From the NCBI GenBank assembly GCA_016215455.1, contig JACRJP010000004.1:91787-155786 (forward strand): 64,000 bases of DNA, written 5' to 3'. This document shows positions 18,975 to 29,773 of the stretch, piece by piece. Source of the DNA: Candidatus Tayloriibacteriota bacterium. GTDB lineage: Bacteria; Patescibacteriota; Minisyncoccia; Phycocordibacterales; PALSA-1337. The first letter of the stretch is position 1. Every line of letters starts with the position of its first letter. The notes below the pieces were generated by a model, which saw only the letters and a program-made list of their open reading frames with translations, had not been told where the DNA came from and did not search any database. Both the position numbers and the translations under genes were made by a program.

Positions 18975-20681
18975 TTACTTGAAGTATTCAGGGGTATTTA
19001 TATTCATCCAATCGAAAAGTCCACGTGTAGCTGCTGCTGCTCCAATGAGATTGTGACGGCTCCCCTTCTCCAACACAACTGTAAATGCATAACGAGGGTT
19101 CTGATATGGGAAATATCCTGTAATCCATGAGTTAACATTTTCTTTGGTAATACCGAGTTCAGCAGTACCTGATTTACTTGCAATTTGAACATACGGAACA
19201 TTCAATGCCTGACTTGTTCCTTCTGTTGTCGACAACATCATACCTTCATTCACAATCTTAAAATAACTCTCAGGGATATCGATCGTACTTGCAACACTAC
19301 GAGGAGTATCTTTAATAATACTTGGATTCAATAGACTTCCATGATTTGCAAGAGCCGCAACCGCTCGTACTGCCTGCACAGGAGAAACTTGGAATCCATA
19401 CTGACCAATTGATGTATGGTACGTGTCACCCAATCTCCATGATTCTCCATTAAAATGAATCTTTTTCCATTCAGGAGTTGGAATAGTCCCCTGTGCACCA
19501 TTTGAGAAAAATGGAGCTTGTATTTTTTCACCAAAACCAAATAGACGAATATAATCATCAATCTTAGTGATGCCCAATCCTTTTTGATCCTTATACCCAC
19601 CACCGATAGCATAAAAATAGACGTCAGATGAAACTGCAATTGCATGACGCATATCGACATATCCATGAGCTTTCCAGTCACGAAAGATTGTTTGAATTGT
19701 AGGATCATACTGATTGGGAATCGAAATAGATCCTGTACTCAATATTTTCTTTGCAGGATCAATTAATTTTTCATTCAAAGCAGCGAGAGCAAGATACGGC
19801 TTGAGAATAGATCCGGGAATGTATAATCCATCGATGACACGATTAAGAAATGGTGTCCTCTTATCCTTCATATACTGACTAATTTTTTCTCGATCATCTC
19901 CGAGCGACATCACCATCGGGTCATATTCTGGATAGCTCGTCATTGCAATGATTTCACCAGTATGTACATCCATGATGACTCCCGAACCTCCCGAAAACCC
20001 CACCTTCTCAGACGTATCACGAATCACTTCATACAACTTTGACTGAATACGCGAATCGATCGACAGTGTCATATTCTCGCCTTGTTGTGACGGTCGAATG
20101 ACATTCTGACTTTGTACTCTTCCCAGTGCATTTGTTTCGATAAGACGAAGACCGTTCTTGCCTTGCAATTGCGCATCAAAAAACTTCTCAACTCCAGCTA
20201 CACCAATAAAATCTTCACGGTAATAAAATCCCTGTGCATCTTTGGTAGGATACTGAACATATCCTAATGTATGTGCAAGTCCCGGAGCCTTTTTATACTC
20301 TCGAGTTGTTACATCAATATTTTCGGTGCCTGGAGCGTTCCATGCAAGCTCAATACCATTACGATCAGTGATGACACCACGAGAAGCAAATATAGGTGTG
20401 TGTTTGAGACGATTATTCTCACTTCGATCAAGGAAAGCTTCTCCTTGTTTAATCTGTAAAAAACCAACGCGACTAGCATATCCCAAAAGAATAATAAAAA
20501 ATATAGCCCCTACCACAAACACGGTCGTGGTTGAAATTGGTGATTCAAGACGCCCTTCAAATTGATCAGTATCAAATTGTGGAAGATTGTGAGCATCAAT
20601 AAAAATCTCATCAGGATGCACTTCACCTCCCTTCCGTCGTCGAAATAATGTAGCAAAAAATCTCCGAAAAGTATGGATCAT
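18975..20681 (-). CDS. mrdA: penicillin-binding protein 2 (elongation transpeptidase)
   Basis: PGSILK, SSDVYFY, KSGTAE; downstream of mreBC. Confidence 0.85.
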   Translation of the reverse strand: MIHTFRRFFATLFRRRKGGEVHPDEIFIDAHNLPQFDTDQFEGRLESPISTTTVFVVGAIFFIILLGYASRVGFLQIKQGEAFLDRSENNRLKHTPIFASRGVITDRNGIELAWNAPGTENIDVTTREYKKAPGLAHTLGYVQYPTKDAQGFYYREDFIGVAGVEKFFDAQLQGKNGLRLIETNALGRVQSQNVIRPSQQGENMTLSIDSRIQSKLYEVIRDTSEKVGFSGGSGVIMDVHTGEIIAMTSYPEYDPMVMSLGDDREKISQYMKDKRTPFLNRVIDGLYIPGSILKPYLALAALNEKLIDPAKKILSTGSISIPNQYDPTIQTIFRDWKAHGYVDMRHAIAVSSDVYFYAIGGGYKDQKGLGITKIDDYIRLFGFGEKIQAPFFSNGAQGTIPTPEWKKIHFNGESWRLGDTYHTSIGQYGFQVSPVQAVRAVAALANHGSLLNPSIIKDTPRSVASTIDIPESYFKIVNEGMMLSTTEGTSQALNVPYVQIASKSGTAELGITKENVNSWITGYFPYQNPRYAFTVVLEKGSRHNLIGAAAATRGLFDWMNINTPEYFK

Positions 20682-20686
20682 GGACC

Positions 20687-20959
20687 CTATTGTACCTTAA
20701 ATGTTTTACTTCGAATATATTCAACAAAAAGATACGCAATCACGGCAAAAGTTACCCCCGCATACATTTCAAAAAAACCACCTCCTGGTACACCATATAG
20801 TCCATCAAATACAATACCAAGAAATACTATCTCAAAATATTTTCGTATAAAAATAATAGCAATGAGTCCACAGGTTACTGTAACCCACCATGGAGCAAAA
20901 ACTAACACGATAATAAATACTATAAATATACCTATTCGAGGAAACCAAGATAATTTCAT
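20687..20959 (-). CDS. small membrane protein in the mreD position
   Basis: 90 aa, highly hydrophobic, between mreC and pbp2. Confidence 0.6.
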   Translation of the reverse strand: MKLSWFPRIGIFIVFIIVLVFAPWWVTVTCGLIAIIFIRKYFEIVFLGIVFDGLYGVPGGGFFEMYAGVTFAVIAYLFVEYIRSKTFKVQ

Positions 20960-20960
20960 A

Positions 20961-21704
20961 CTATTTTTTAACTGTTACCCATCGCATCTGTTGAATATTG
21001 ATTGGAGTCTTAAAATAGATCGCAACAAAAGCTCGAGCAGGATCAGTTGTCACATATTCAACAACACCAAATAGCCCTTCATACAATGCAGGAATAGTTA
21101 CCGGATCACCAGGAACAATTTTAAATTCACGAGGAACAATAGCTTCATATACACCTCCTCCTTTTCCAATAGCAGTAGCTCGCACTGAATCCTTTCCCAA
21201 CAATACCTCATATGTCTGATCAGGAGATGAGAACAACACCACCTTTGAACTATGTTCATAGACATCAACCACTCTACCAATGAGTGTTGATGAGGCGTAC
21301 ACATCTTTATTCACCTGTATTCCTTCAGCAGAACCTGCATCGATGATGATCGTATCGTATGGAGATTGTGGAGGTACACTTAAAACTGCAGCAAGTATTT
21401 CTTGATGAGTATTTTGTCGACCAAACATTTCTTTGAGTCGAGTATTCTCTTCACGCAAAAGAGAAATCTCTGCCCGAAGAGTTTCTGGTGATGATGACGC
21501 AAGATCAGAAGGAACTGGGTCACGGATGATTTGAATTTGATGCTGTACTGCTAATAAAGGAGTGAGTACTCGCAACAACAATCCTGTAAAAAATCTTGGG
21601 AAGATAATGTGTACGAGAATGAAACAACCAAGAATGGTTGCCACTATAACCGTAGGTCGATTATTTCGTTGTTGTTCTCTATTACTTTGTCGCAGGTAAT
21701 TCAT
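20961..21704 (-). CDS. mreC: rod shape-determining protein MreC
   Basis: TM, LREENTRLKEM coiled coil, IIIDAGSAEGI; follows mreB. Confidence 0.88.
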   Translation of the reverse strand: MNYLRQSNREQQRNNRPTVIVATILGCFILVHIIFPRFFTGLLLRVLTPLLAVQHQIQIIRDPVPSDLASSSPETLRAEISLLREENTRLKEMFGRQNTHQEILAAVLSVPPQSPYDTIIIDAGSAEGIQVNKDVYASSTLIGRVVDVYEHSSKVVLFSSPDQTYEVLLGKDSVRATAIGKGGGVYEAIVPREFKIVPGDPVTIPALYEGLFGVVEYVTTDPARAFVAIYFKTPINIQQMRWVTVKK

Positions 21705-22743
21705 CTTCGTTTTGTATGAGAGACTCTCGATATTCATCGATGTTTTCTAGTATAACACCCGTACCACGTGCAATAGCAGTCAAAGGGTCCTCAGCGATAT
21801 GAACAGGGATTCTCAAAGTATCAGCAAGAAGCTTATCGAGACCTTTAATGAGTGCCCCGCCACCAACAAGATGGATACCTCGATGCATCACATCAGAGAG
21901 AATTTCAGGAGGGGTTGTTTCAAGAACTTCTTTAGTTGCCTCAACAAGAAGTTCAATTGATGATGCCATAGCTTCACGAATATCAGAGTCAGTTACCACC
22001 ACCTCTCGAGGAAGACCAGTAATGAGATCACGACCACGGATCGAAGACTCCATTGGTTCACCTGATGCTACGGTACCAATTTGCATCTTAATATATTCTG
22101 CGGTTTTTTCTCCAATGAGAATTTTAAATTCATTACGAATATACGAAATGATATCAGTGTTCAGCTTATCACCTGCAACTCGAAGATTCTTTGAACGAAC
22201 TATACCGCCAAGAGAAATCACTGCAATATCGGTCGTCCCTCCTCCAATATCAACGATCATTGAACCAACTGGTTCATGAATAGGTAAACGAATACCAATT
22301 GCACCAGCCATAGGTTGCTCTACGATGTACACCTCGCGTGCTCCTGCATTCTTTGTTGCATCACGCACAGCACGAATCTCTACGTTTGTAACACCACATG
22401 GTACTCCGACAACCACTCGTGGACCAAGCATTTTCTTAGAAAAAGATTCTGCTTTCTTGATAAGGTATGCAAGCATTTCTTCTGTCACTTCAAAATCTGA
22501 GATCACTCCATCAACAAGAGGTCGCACTGCAACAATGTGAGCAGGAGTTCGTCCTAACATATCTTTTGCTGCTTGACCCACAGCAACTACACGACCAGTT
22601 TTCTGATTAACTGCAACCACCGAAGGTTCATTCACCACAATTCCCTTTCCTCGAACATAGACAAGAGTATTGGCAGTACCGAGATCGATCCCGATATCAT
22701 TTGAAAGTGATGTGCCAAATTTTGTCTTGAAGAAATCAAACAT
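21682..22743 (-). CDS. mreB: rod shape-determining actin MreB
   Basis: GIDLGTANT, VDIGGGTT, GGGAL; in the mreBC-pbp2 operon. Confidence 0.95.
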   Translation of the reverse strand: MFDFFKTKFGTSLSNDIGIDLGTANTLVYVRGKGIVVNEPSVVAVNQKTGRVVAVGQAAKDMLGRTPAHIVAVRPLVDGVISDFEVTEEMLAYLIKKAESFSKKMLGPRVVVGVPCGVTNVEIRAVRDATKNAGAREVYIVEQPMAGAIGIRLPIHEPVGSMIVDIGGGTTDIAVISLGGIVRSKNLRVAGDKLNTDIISYIRNEFKILIGEKTAEYIKMQIGTVASGEPMESSIRGRDLITGLPREVVVTDSDIREAMASSIELLVEATKEVLETTPPEILSDVMHRGIHLVGGGALIKGLDKLLADTLRIPVHIAEDPLTAIARGTGVILENIDEYRESLIQNEDELPATK

Positions 22744-23983
22744 AATTAAGGAATTCTGTACGAGTTTTTATATCTGCTGTTTCATTTGTTCGAGCCTTTA
22801 CCTCAACTGAATCAGTTGCCATGAGCTTTTCACTCACCACCACTCGAAGTGGAAGACCGATAAGGTCGGCATCAGCAAACTTTTCACCTGGACGAAGATC
22901 ACGATCGTCATACAACACCTCAATACCCTTCGCCGTCAAATCAGAATAGAGTTGTTCTGCATATGCAGCCACCTTCCCTTCTTTATCAAAAATACCAATG
23001 AGATGCACCTTAAATGGTGCAATAGATTCAGGCCACACAAGCCCCTTATCATCAGCAAATGTCTCAGCAATCGTACCCATGACACGTCCTGGGCCAATAC
23101 CATATGAACCCATGATGACAGGTTGCTTTACTCCCTTCTGATCAACATAACTTAATTCAAGTGCATCTGAAAATCGAGTACTAAGATTGAAAATATTTCC
23201 AACTTCTACTGCTTTCTTTTCAATAAGGTCTTCTCGACGAACGCCAAGATCCTTGAGAACTTCGTCATTGAGGACCTCTTTGTTAACCGCAATCTTCTTC
23301 TTTTCATCAATATAGATAAGATCTTCTCCTGCATCAGTTATTGTCTGAAACTCATGAGAGTATTTTGAGAATGAACCACCTGAAGCAAATGTGACGTATG
23401 TTACTGCACCAAGTCCTACTCGTTCAAATATTTTAATATATGCTTGTTTAACTTTTTCATAGAAAGCATCGTGTTGTGCAGTATCTGCAGAGAATGAATA
23501 CAGATCCTTCATAACAAATTCTCGACAACGCATGATACCTGACTTCGCACGAGTTTCATTACGAAACTTTGTTTGGAATTGATAGACATAGCGAGGCACA
23601 TCACGATATGACGCAATGTAATCTTTCATGAGAGCAGTAAGTTCTTCTTCATGAGTTGAACCGAGACCTACTTCTGTTTCATTCTTGAGTTTTGTTTTAA
23701 ACCACACATCGAGTACAGCATCGTCCCAACGTCCTGTTTTTTCCCAATTCTTTTTGTCTTGTAGAGCGGTGAGAGTGATCTCCTGACTACCGATAGCATT
23801 CATCTCTTGGCGAATAACTTCAATGATTTTGTTAAGTGTTCGAAGACCTAGAGGAAGAAATGAATACACACCTGCCATTTCTTTGTGAATAAAGCCTGCT
23901 CGAATGAGTAGTTGTGCATTTTTTGATACCTCATCCTTTGGGGCATCCTTACGAGTTTTTGTGAAGAGATGTGATTGTTTCAT
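22736..23983 (-). CDS. proS: proline--tRNA ligase (short form without editing insertion)
   Basis: THEE, QTKFRNETR, REFVMKDLYSF, MGSYGIG, anticodon-binding domain. Confidence 0.95.
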   Translation of the reverse strand: MKQSHLFTKTRKDAPKDEVSKNAQLLIRAGFIHKEMAGVYSFLPLGLRTLNKIIEVIRQEMNAIGSQEITLTALQDKKNWEKTGRWDDAVLDVWFKTKLKNETEVGLGSTHEEELTALMKDYIASYRDVPRYVYQFQTKFRNETRAKSGIMRCREFVMKDLYSFSADTAQHDAFYEKVKQAYIKIFERVGLGAVTYVTFASGGSFSKYSHEFQTITDAGEDLIYIDEKKKIAVNKEVLNDEVLKDLGVRREDLIEKKAVEVGNIFNLSTRFSDALELSYVDQKGVKQPVIMGSYGIGPGRVMGTIAETFADDKGLVWPESIAPFKVHLIGIFDKEGKVAAYAEQLYSDLTAKGIEVLYDDRDLRPGEKFADADLIGLPLRVVVSEKLMATDSVEVKARTNETADIKTRTEFLNYV

Positions 23984-24046
23984 GGCGTAATAATAACCGA
24001 TTTTAACGATTTGTAGATACTTGACACGATAGTAATGTATGTCTAT

Positions 24047-25168
24047 CTATTTCCAGAGATTCCAAACATCTTTGAAGGTAACAATGAGCATGAGAAGGAG
24101 GAGGAGACCGAAACAAACAGCATTCACGGTATTTGCAATCTTGGGGGAAATATTTTTGCGACGAATTGCTTCGATGGTGACAAAGAGGATGCGTCCTCCA
24201 TCAAGTGCAGGAAATGGGATGAGATTAAGTACTCCAAGGTTGATTGAGATGAGAGCAGTAAACATACAAAGGTATGCAAAGCCGAGTCCAGCTGCATCTC
24301 CAACAAGTCCTGCGATACCAACAGGTCCTGTGACTGAACTAAGATTTGCTTCTCCACGAAAAGCATTTACAACGAGATCAAAAAGACCTGTTGCAGTGCC
24401 TATAATAAGATGTACGGTAAATCTCCCTCCTTCATATATTGCATAGTGAGCGGGTAGAGAAAGTGTGCCGACTTCATCCATTGAAATACCGACAGCGTAT
24501 TTATCAGCAATGATTCCCCTTTCAGCAACTACATTCTTCTCAACAATCTCCTCTCCTCTCTTAATAGAAAATGTAACCGGCTTTCCTTCACTTGTAGCAA
24601 TTTCTGTACGAATAGCTTCTATATCGAGTGTATCCCCTTTGATCTGAGTTGCACCTGAAGTAAAGCCGACAATGACATCACCTCCCTTAAGACCTGCGCC
24701 CGCAGCTGGAGATCCTGGATTCACCAGTGATACAATAATTCGACTATCTTGAAAATGAGTTGGATACTTTTCTGCATATGATTCCTTTGAACTAGCAACA
24801 CCCGCCATGAAAGCAAATGAAATGAGTATCCAAGCGAATATAAAATTGAAGAGAATTCCTGCAATCAATACAATCACCTGCTGCCATCGAGGTTTAGCAA
24901 CGAGACTCCGATTCTTATCAGGACCTTCAAGACTTTCTGAATCAGGACTTTCTCCAAAGATTTTTACAAAACCTCCAAATGGAATCCAATTCAAAGAGTA
25001 CACCGTCTCACCATATTTTTTACCAAACATTCTTGGAGGAAAACCGAGTCCGAACTCATCAACACGAATACCAAACTTTTTTGCAGCAAGAAAATGTCCA
25101 AGCTCGTGAACAAAAACAAGTATTGCGAGAACTATGAGAAACAGGATCGTTGTGGTGAGTGCGTGCAC
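24047..25168 (-). CDS. rseP: RIP metalloprotease RseP (M50, PDZ)
   Basis: HELGH, NLIPFPALDGG. Confidence 0.93.
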   Translation of the reverse strand: MHALTTTILFLIVLAILVFVHELGHFLAAKKFGIRVDEFGLGFPPRMFGKKYGETVYSLNWIPFGGFVKIFGESPDSESLEGPDKNRSLVAKPRWQQVIVLIAGILFNFIFAWILISFAFMAGVASSKESYAEKYPTHFQDSRIIVSLVNPGSPAAGAGLKGGDVIVGFTSGATQIKGDTLDIEAIRTEIATSEGKPVTFSIKRGEEIVEKNVVAERGIIADKYAVGISMDEVGTLSLPAHYAIYEGGRFTVHLIIGTATGLFDLVVNAFRGEANLSSVTGPVGIAGLVGDAAGLGFAYLCMFTALISINLGVLNLIPFPALDGGRILFVTIEAIRRKNISPKIANTVNAVCFGLLLLLMLIVTFKDVWNLWK

Positions 25169-25180
25169 AAATAAATGAAG

Positions 25181-25732
25181 TTAATTTAATATTTCTTTTT
25201 CTTTCTTCTCATACAGAGCGTCGAGAGCTTTGTTAGCTTCATCAACCAATTTCTGTGCATCAGTCTTGTGGCGGAATACATCATCCTTACCCAAAGAACC
25301 ATCTTTTTCCTTTGTCTGAAGATCCTTCATGACATCATCTCGATTTCCTCGAATACGCTTCTTTGCTTCTTCCAACTTCTCTTTAGCTGCTTTTGTAATC
25401 TGAACACGTCGTTCTGCAGTAAGTTCGGGGAAAATCACTCGAAGTCCCTTATCATCCACTGTTACTGAAACACCAGTATTAGAAGCAATAATAGCCTTCT
25501 CAATATTTTTTGCCTGTGTCATATCCCAAGGAACAATACGAAGACAACGAACGTCTTCGTTGGTAATACTTCCTAATTCTTGAATAGAAAGAAATGATCC
25601 ATATGACTCTATCTTGATACCATCAAGTACTGCAGCTGAGGCTCGGCCTGTTCGAATATTAGAAAACTCCTTCTTGAGCCATTCCTCTGAATCTTTGATA
25701 TGTGTCTTGAATTTTGAAAAGTCGTATGCCAT
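25181..25732 (-). CDS. frr: ribosome recycling factor
   Basis: IRTGRA, PELTAERR. Confidence 0.95.
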   Translation of the reverse strand: MAYDFSKFKTHIKDSEEWLKKEFSNIRTGRASAAVLDGIKIESYGSFLSIQELGSITNEDVRCLRIVPWDMTQAKNIEKAIIASNTGVSVTVDDKGLRVIFPELTAERRVQITKAAKEKLEEAKKRIRGNRDDVMKDLQTKEKDGSLGKDDVFRHKTDAQKLVDEANKALDALYEKKEKEILN

Positions 25733-25749
25733 ATGATTGTTGTGTGGAG

Positions 25750-26460
25750 TTAATTATATAGACTAATGGCAATATTCTCAAGGAGAAGCTTCACTGATGA
25801 ACTTCGATCTGAAATATATGATTCTGTTTCGAGGAGAAGCTTGAGTATTTTATTTTCACTCAATGTACGTTGTGCTGCTCTTGTACCACTCAATGCTCGG
25901 ATAATAGCGGCAACAAAAGCTTTAGCATCTGATCGTGTTGCCTTTTCATCTGAAATATCTTTAGCAATCTGTGCAGCAATATCGAGTCGATCTTTCAAAG
26001 TATTCTTTGGATCAATAAATTTTGAAACTAGAGCCGAAAAGAGATGCTCATCATCCTTACAGTGTTCTTCTCGTAGATCAATATGGAGAGCACGACTTCG
26101 TAACGTTGGTAGTACAACATGCAAACTTGGAACGATAATAAAAAAGTGACTACCTTCTATCGGCTCTTCAAATATTTTGAGGAGTGAATTCTGTGCTTCG
26201 ACCGTAGCGCCATTCATAGAAATGACGGTCACTCGCTTCCCTGTTGCATCAAAGCTTTTTACTTCATGAAGATGTTTAATACGACGACTATCATCAATCG
26301 AAAGGGTCTCAATTTCTTCAAAACGAATATCAGGATTAGCAGCAATCGTCATTCCAAGTTCATTTTCAATGAACATACGAAGTAAAGGAGTAACAACCGT
26401 ATGCTCGCCGGTAATGATATATGCGTGATGAAGACTATCTTTTGAGAATGGGAGTTTCAC
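25750..26460 (-). CDS. holB: DNA polymerase III delta-prime-like subunit
   Basis: HHAYII, NPD, AQNSLLKIFEEP, LPTLRSR. Confidence 0.8.
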   Translation of the reverse strand: MKLPFSKDSLHHAYIITGEHTVVTPLLRMFIENELGMTIAANPDIRFEEIETLSIDDSRRIKHLHEVKSFDATGKRVTVISMNGATVEAQNSLLKIFEEPIEGSHFFIIVPSLHVVLPTLRSRALHIDLREEHCKDDEHLFSALVSKFIDPKNTLKDRLDIAAQIAKDISDEKATRSDAKAFVAAIIRALSGTRAAQRTLSENKILKLLLETESYISDRSSSVKLLLENIAISLYN

Positions 26461-26476
26461 TTCGTTAGTATATCTC

Positions 26477-28171
26477 TTACCTCTTCACATCAGCAATACC
26501 TCGACAGTCATACACCGTTGCAGATACTGAACGATCTATCTCTTGATATACCACTTTACAAGAATCTAAATATCGTCGATAGACACTCGCAGGGTCTATT
26601 CTCGGTACATTTATTTCTAGATAATGTTCTTTATACGTATTGAGAGTGGTAATCTTCTCATTAATATCAAAAGCAGGATCAGTATAGAGACGCTTACGGT
26701 ACTTCCCTATTTCCTGAATCTCATTTCCTCCATTGTCGTTATACACCGTGACGTATTGTATGCTTGGATCATTTTTAATAAACTCAGTGACTGCTGGTAA
26801 AAGACCAGACGCAGAACCATATATATTTCCAAACATGTATTCTTCAATAAACACAAGGTTGTATACCAAACTTAGAGGGATAAGTACGAGGAGCATTTTT
26901 GCACGAAGATGTGACTTAAAAAATGCAATAACAACAGCACTAAGAGAAATGACCCACGACACCGCTAGAAAAAGAAACGACATATAGAATCCCAAAGGAC
27001 CAGATCCACCTGAGAATGGATAGAGAAAATTCCATTTGAATGACAAAACTCTCGAGATCCATGCAGCTTTTGGATGTAGTGCTGGAACGGAGTGAGAAAA
27101 GAACATAAGAGCACCTACGACAATAGCAAGAATACTCCCCACCACCAAAAAGGTTCGCGTATGTCTATACGAATCACTCTTCCACATAGTAACTACTGCA
27201 ATTGCAGAAGTGACACAAAGTGGAATGATTGCAAATTGTAAGTATCGATCAAGAGCACCGATTGAAAAATCAAAAAGAATTAGATAGAAGATACAACCAA
27301 AGATAAGGTAGAACAAAAATGGCATGACCTCATGACGTCGTTCTTTCGACAAACACACCAGTGACAGACAAAGAAAAGGAGAAAGATACAAGATTACTTT
27401 AACAAACTGAATAGCTGTCTGCATCCAATTCCTATCAGCACGAATGAAATGTTCCCAATATGCTACGGCGGTTGATAAATTGAAAAATGAGAAAAGACTC
27501 TGTGCGAGTATCAAACAGATAATTAAAATAGCCACTCCTCCTAATCCATACGCTCCATATTTCACAATATCACGTCGAGTGATGTGTGTTCGTTTACTCC
27601 ATATATAGTCTGCAATGATAGCGGCAATAGCAAGGACAAAACTTACCTTAATAAAGAAACCGAGGAGACATGCAAGAAGAAGTAGACCCAACCACATCAA
27701 TCTCTTGCGACCAACTGAAGCCTGCACCTTATAATACGCAATCAAAGCACTCAAAAAAAAGAACGGCATGATCTGTCCATCAGTATCAACCATAAGTGAT
27801 GCAAGCACCGAGAAAAACGAAAGGGTGAAGAATACACTTCCCACTGTGGCTATCGTCCTTCCAAAACGCATACGAAGAAGATAGTACAGGAGGAGCACAT
27901 TCACCACGCCGAATGAAAGTGGTACAAAACGAAAATCAACATCATACCCAACAACAGCCCCTGCAACACGATACACAAATTGTGATAATGGCGGGTGTGG
28001 AATTTCCGTATCACTCACAATAGCTGGATTTACAATTTTCGGCCATTTATATTCATCTTGATGAAGAGGTAGGCTCGTGCCTGGCAAACGAATAACTATA
28101 AACACTACAACAAGTAGCACAAGAACTACTTTTTCATGATTTCGGAACCATTGCGTTATTGTTGATATCAT
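26477..28171 (-). CDS. GT-C (ArnT/PMT-like) membrane glycosyltransferase
   Basis: HQDE, HPPL, multiple TM segments. Confidence 0.75.
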   Translation of the reverse strand: MISTITQWFRNHEKVVLVLLVVVFIVIRLPGTSLPLHQDEYKWPKIVNPAIVSDTEIPHPPLSQFVYRVAGAVVGYDVDFRFVPLSFGVVNVLLLYYLLRMRFGRTIATVGSVFFTLSFFSVLASLMVDTDGQIMPFFFLSALIAYYKVQASVGRKRLMWLGLLLLACLLGFFIKVSFVLAIAAIIADYIWSKRTHITRRDIVKYGAYGLGGVAILIICLILAQSLFSFFNLSTAVAYWEHFIRADRNWMQTAIQFVKVILYLSPFLCLSLVCLSKERRHEVMPFLFYLIFGCIFYLILFDFSIGALDRYLQFAIIPLCVTSAIAVVTMWKSDSYRHTRTFLVVGSILAIVVGALMFFSHSVPALHPKAAWISRVLSFKWNFLYPFSGGSGPLGFYMSFLFLAVSWVISLSAVVIAFFKSHLRAKMLLVLIPLSLVYNLVFIEEYMFGNIYGSASGLLPAVTEFIKNDPSIQYVTVYNDNGGNEIQEIGKYRKRLYTDPAFDINEKITTLNTYKEHYLEINVPRIDPASVYRRYLDSCKVVYQEIDRSVSATVYDCRGIADVKR

Positions 28172-28812
28172 TTTTTTTCAGCAACAAACAACATCTGACC
28201 TGCAAAAGGTTTTATCGGAGAATTAAGATACGCTCGAATAATCAATGGGTGTACCGGTATTATTGAAGGACGAGATCTCAAAGAGAAAGGCAAAAACTTT
28301 GGCTTCATAAGTTTGATATCAAAGTGATGAGATATCAAGAAACTTTCAAGTGCCCCGTGACTGAACACTTTTTTGTGAGTAGGATCATCAAAATAACTAC
28401 GATACGCGTAATAATAATTCGGCTGCATCAAAATAAGAATACCTTTATCTTTCAACACTCGACGTATTTCTGATATGGTCTGAGTGAGTTCATCGTCAGA
28501 TAAGTGTTCAAGTAAATTACTTGCGTGTACCACATCCACAGAATGATCAAGGATTTGTTGAAACTCAAGAACACTTGATTGAATTTGAATTACCCCAGGA
28601 GCTGCATAGTGTGATAGTTCCGGAGAATGATCAACTGCATATCTTTTACCTGTTGTGACAACATTATTAATAAAATCACAATACCCCGCCCCAAGATCAA
28701 GAACGGTTGCATCAGATACGATGAAAGGAGTGTGGTGACGCACAATTTCTTTCCACACGATTGCACGTGAAGGATCGGGAACAAATCGTGAAGCGTAATA
28801 ATCGTCTTTCAT
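28168..28812 (-). CDS. class I SAM-dependent methyltransferase
   Basis: LDLGAGYC, LEHL, DPTH. Confidence 0.85.
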   Translation of the reverse strand: MKDDYYASRFVPDPSRAIVWKEIVRHHTPFIVSDATVLDLGAGYCDFINNVVTTGKRYAVDHSPELSHYAAPGVIQIQSSVLEFQQILDHSVDVVHASNLLEHLSDDELTQTISEIRRVLKDKGILILMQPNYYYAYRSYFDDPTHKKVFSHGALESFLISHHFDIKLMKPKFLPFSLRSRPSIIPVHPLIIRAYLNSPIKPFAGQMLFVAEKK

Positions 28813-28813
28813 G

Positions 28814-29530
28814 TTATATTTTTCTAAATCTCATTTTAGTAATGAGCCACATCATTCTAAAACCAAGTTTTGCTGCCTTCCATATATCTCCAGTATACAT
28901 TGATTCCCCAATACGCTGACGATACATGACGGGGACTTCAATGGGTTTAAACCCGCGACGAATCGTCCATACCATAAATTCTGGAGAGAATTTACCTCCC
29001 CCATCAGACGTAGCAAAAAGATCTTGAATTTTAGTAAGTGCAGAACGAGAAATGAGCTTATACGTACAGCCCACATCTGTAAAAGTTGAACCGTTATGAA
29101 GTACCTCCAAAAACTTTGCGACAAACCAATTTCCAAAACGAACAGGAAATGGCATAAAAGCACCTGACCAAATAGCTGCACGTGATGTGCGTGTTCCAAA
29201 TACGACTTCATAATCATTACTGTAGACCAGAAGCTTTTCTATATCTTTTGCATCAAACGTACCGTCAGCTTCACACATGACAATGAGATCACCTGTTGCT
29301 TCCTTGAGACCTCGCATGAGAGCATGTCCATAACCTTGATGCTCAGTCTCTCGAATATGTATCGCTTTAGTTTTCTGAATCTCAGCAGCGGTATTACCAC
29401 GAGCATTATTATCAACAGCAATTACTTCATCCACAAAGCCAGTATTGAAAAAGTCCTGGATGACTGCTGCAATGCTTTTTTCTTCATTATATGTAGGTAA
29501 CACCACACTGACCTTCTTTTTGTGATACAT
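28814..29530 (-). CDS. GT2 polyprenol-phosphate glycosyltransferase
   Basis: VVLPTYNE, VDNN, GYG, EADGT, R..GES. Confidence 0.88.
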   Translation of the reverse strand: MYHKKKVSVVLPTYNEEKSIAAVIQDFFNTGFVDEVIAVDNNARGNTAAEIQKTKAIHIRETEHQGYGHALMRGLKEATGDLIVMCEADGTFDAKDIEKLLVYSNDYEVVFGTRTSRAAIWSGAFMPFPVRFGNWFVAKFLEVLHNGSTFTDVGCTYKLISRSALTKIQDLFATSDGGGKFSPEFMVWTIRRGFKPIEVPVMYRQRIGESMYTGDIWKAAKLGFRMMWLITKMRFRKI

Positions 29531-29558
29531 AGAAATTTACACACATACTACCATTAAA

Positions 29559-29593
29559 CCTACTTCTTTGAAATAATTGTCTTCTTATATGTA
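29559..29593. repeat. direct repeat copy 1 (duplicate of the mreB paralogue 3' end)
   Basis: CCTACTTCTTTGAAATAATTGTCTTCTTATA(T)GTA, 34/35 identical to 30166-30200. Confidence 0.92.
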
Positions 29594-29637
29594 ATGAAGA
29601 CTCTCTTTAGAAAATGGATGGCCATTCTAGAATAATA

Positions 29638-29666
29638 TTGACATACTTAAATAGTAGTGTTAATTT
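29638..29666 (+). promoter_or_regulatory. sigma70 promoter
   Basis: TTGACA-17-TAATTT. Confidence 0.6.
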
Positions 29667-29773
29667 AGGTATTAAGCTCTTGAATAAACCCGAGGGCGGA
29701 AGATACCTGTAAATTGTATTGAATTATAGAGCTCTGGTATATCCTTCCGCCTCATAAGCGGAAAGGAAGAACT

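Noticed and set aside
24021-24050. TTGACA that could drive an antisense transcript into rseP
   Set aside because: No TAnnnT at 16-18 nt spacing
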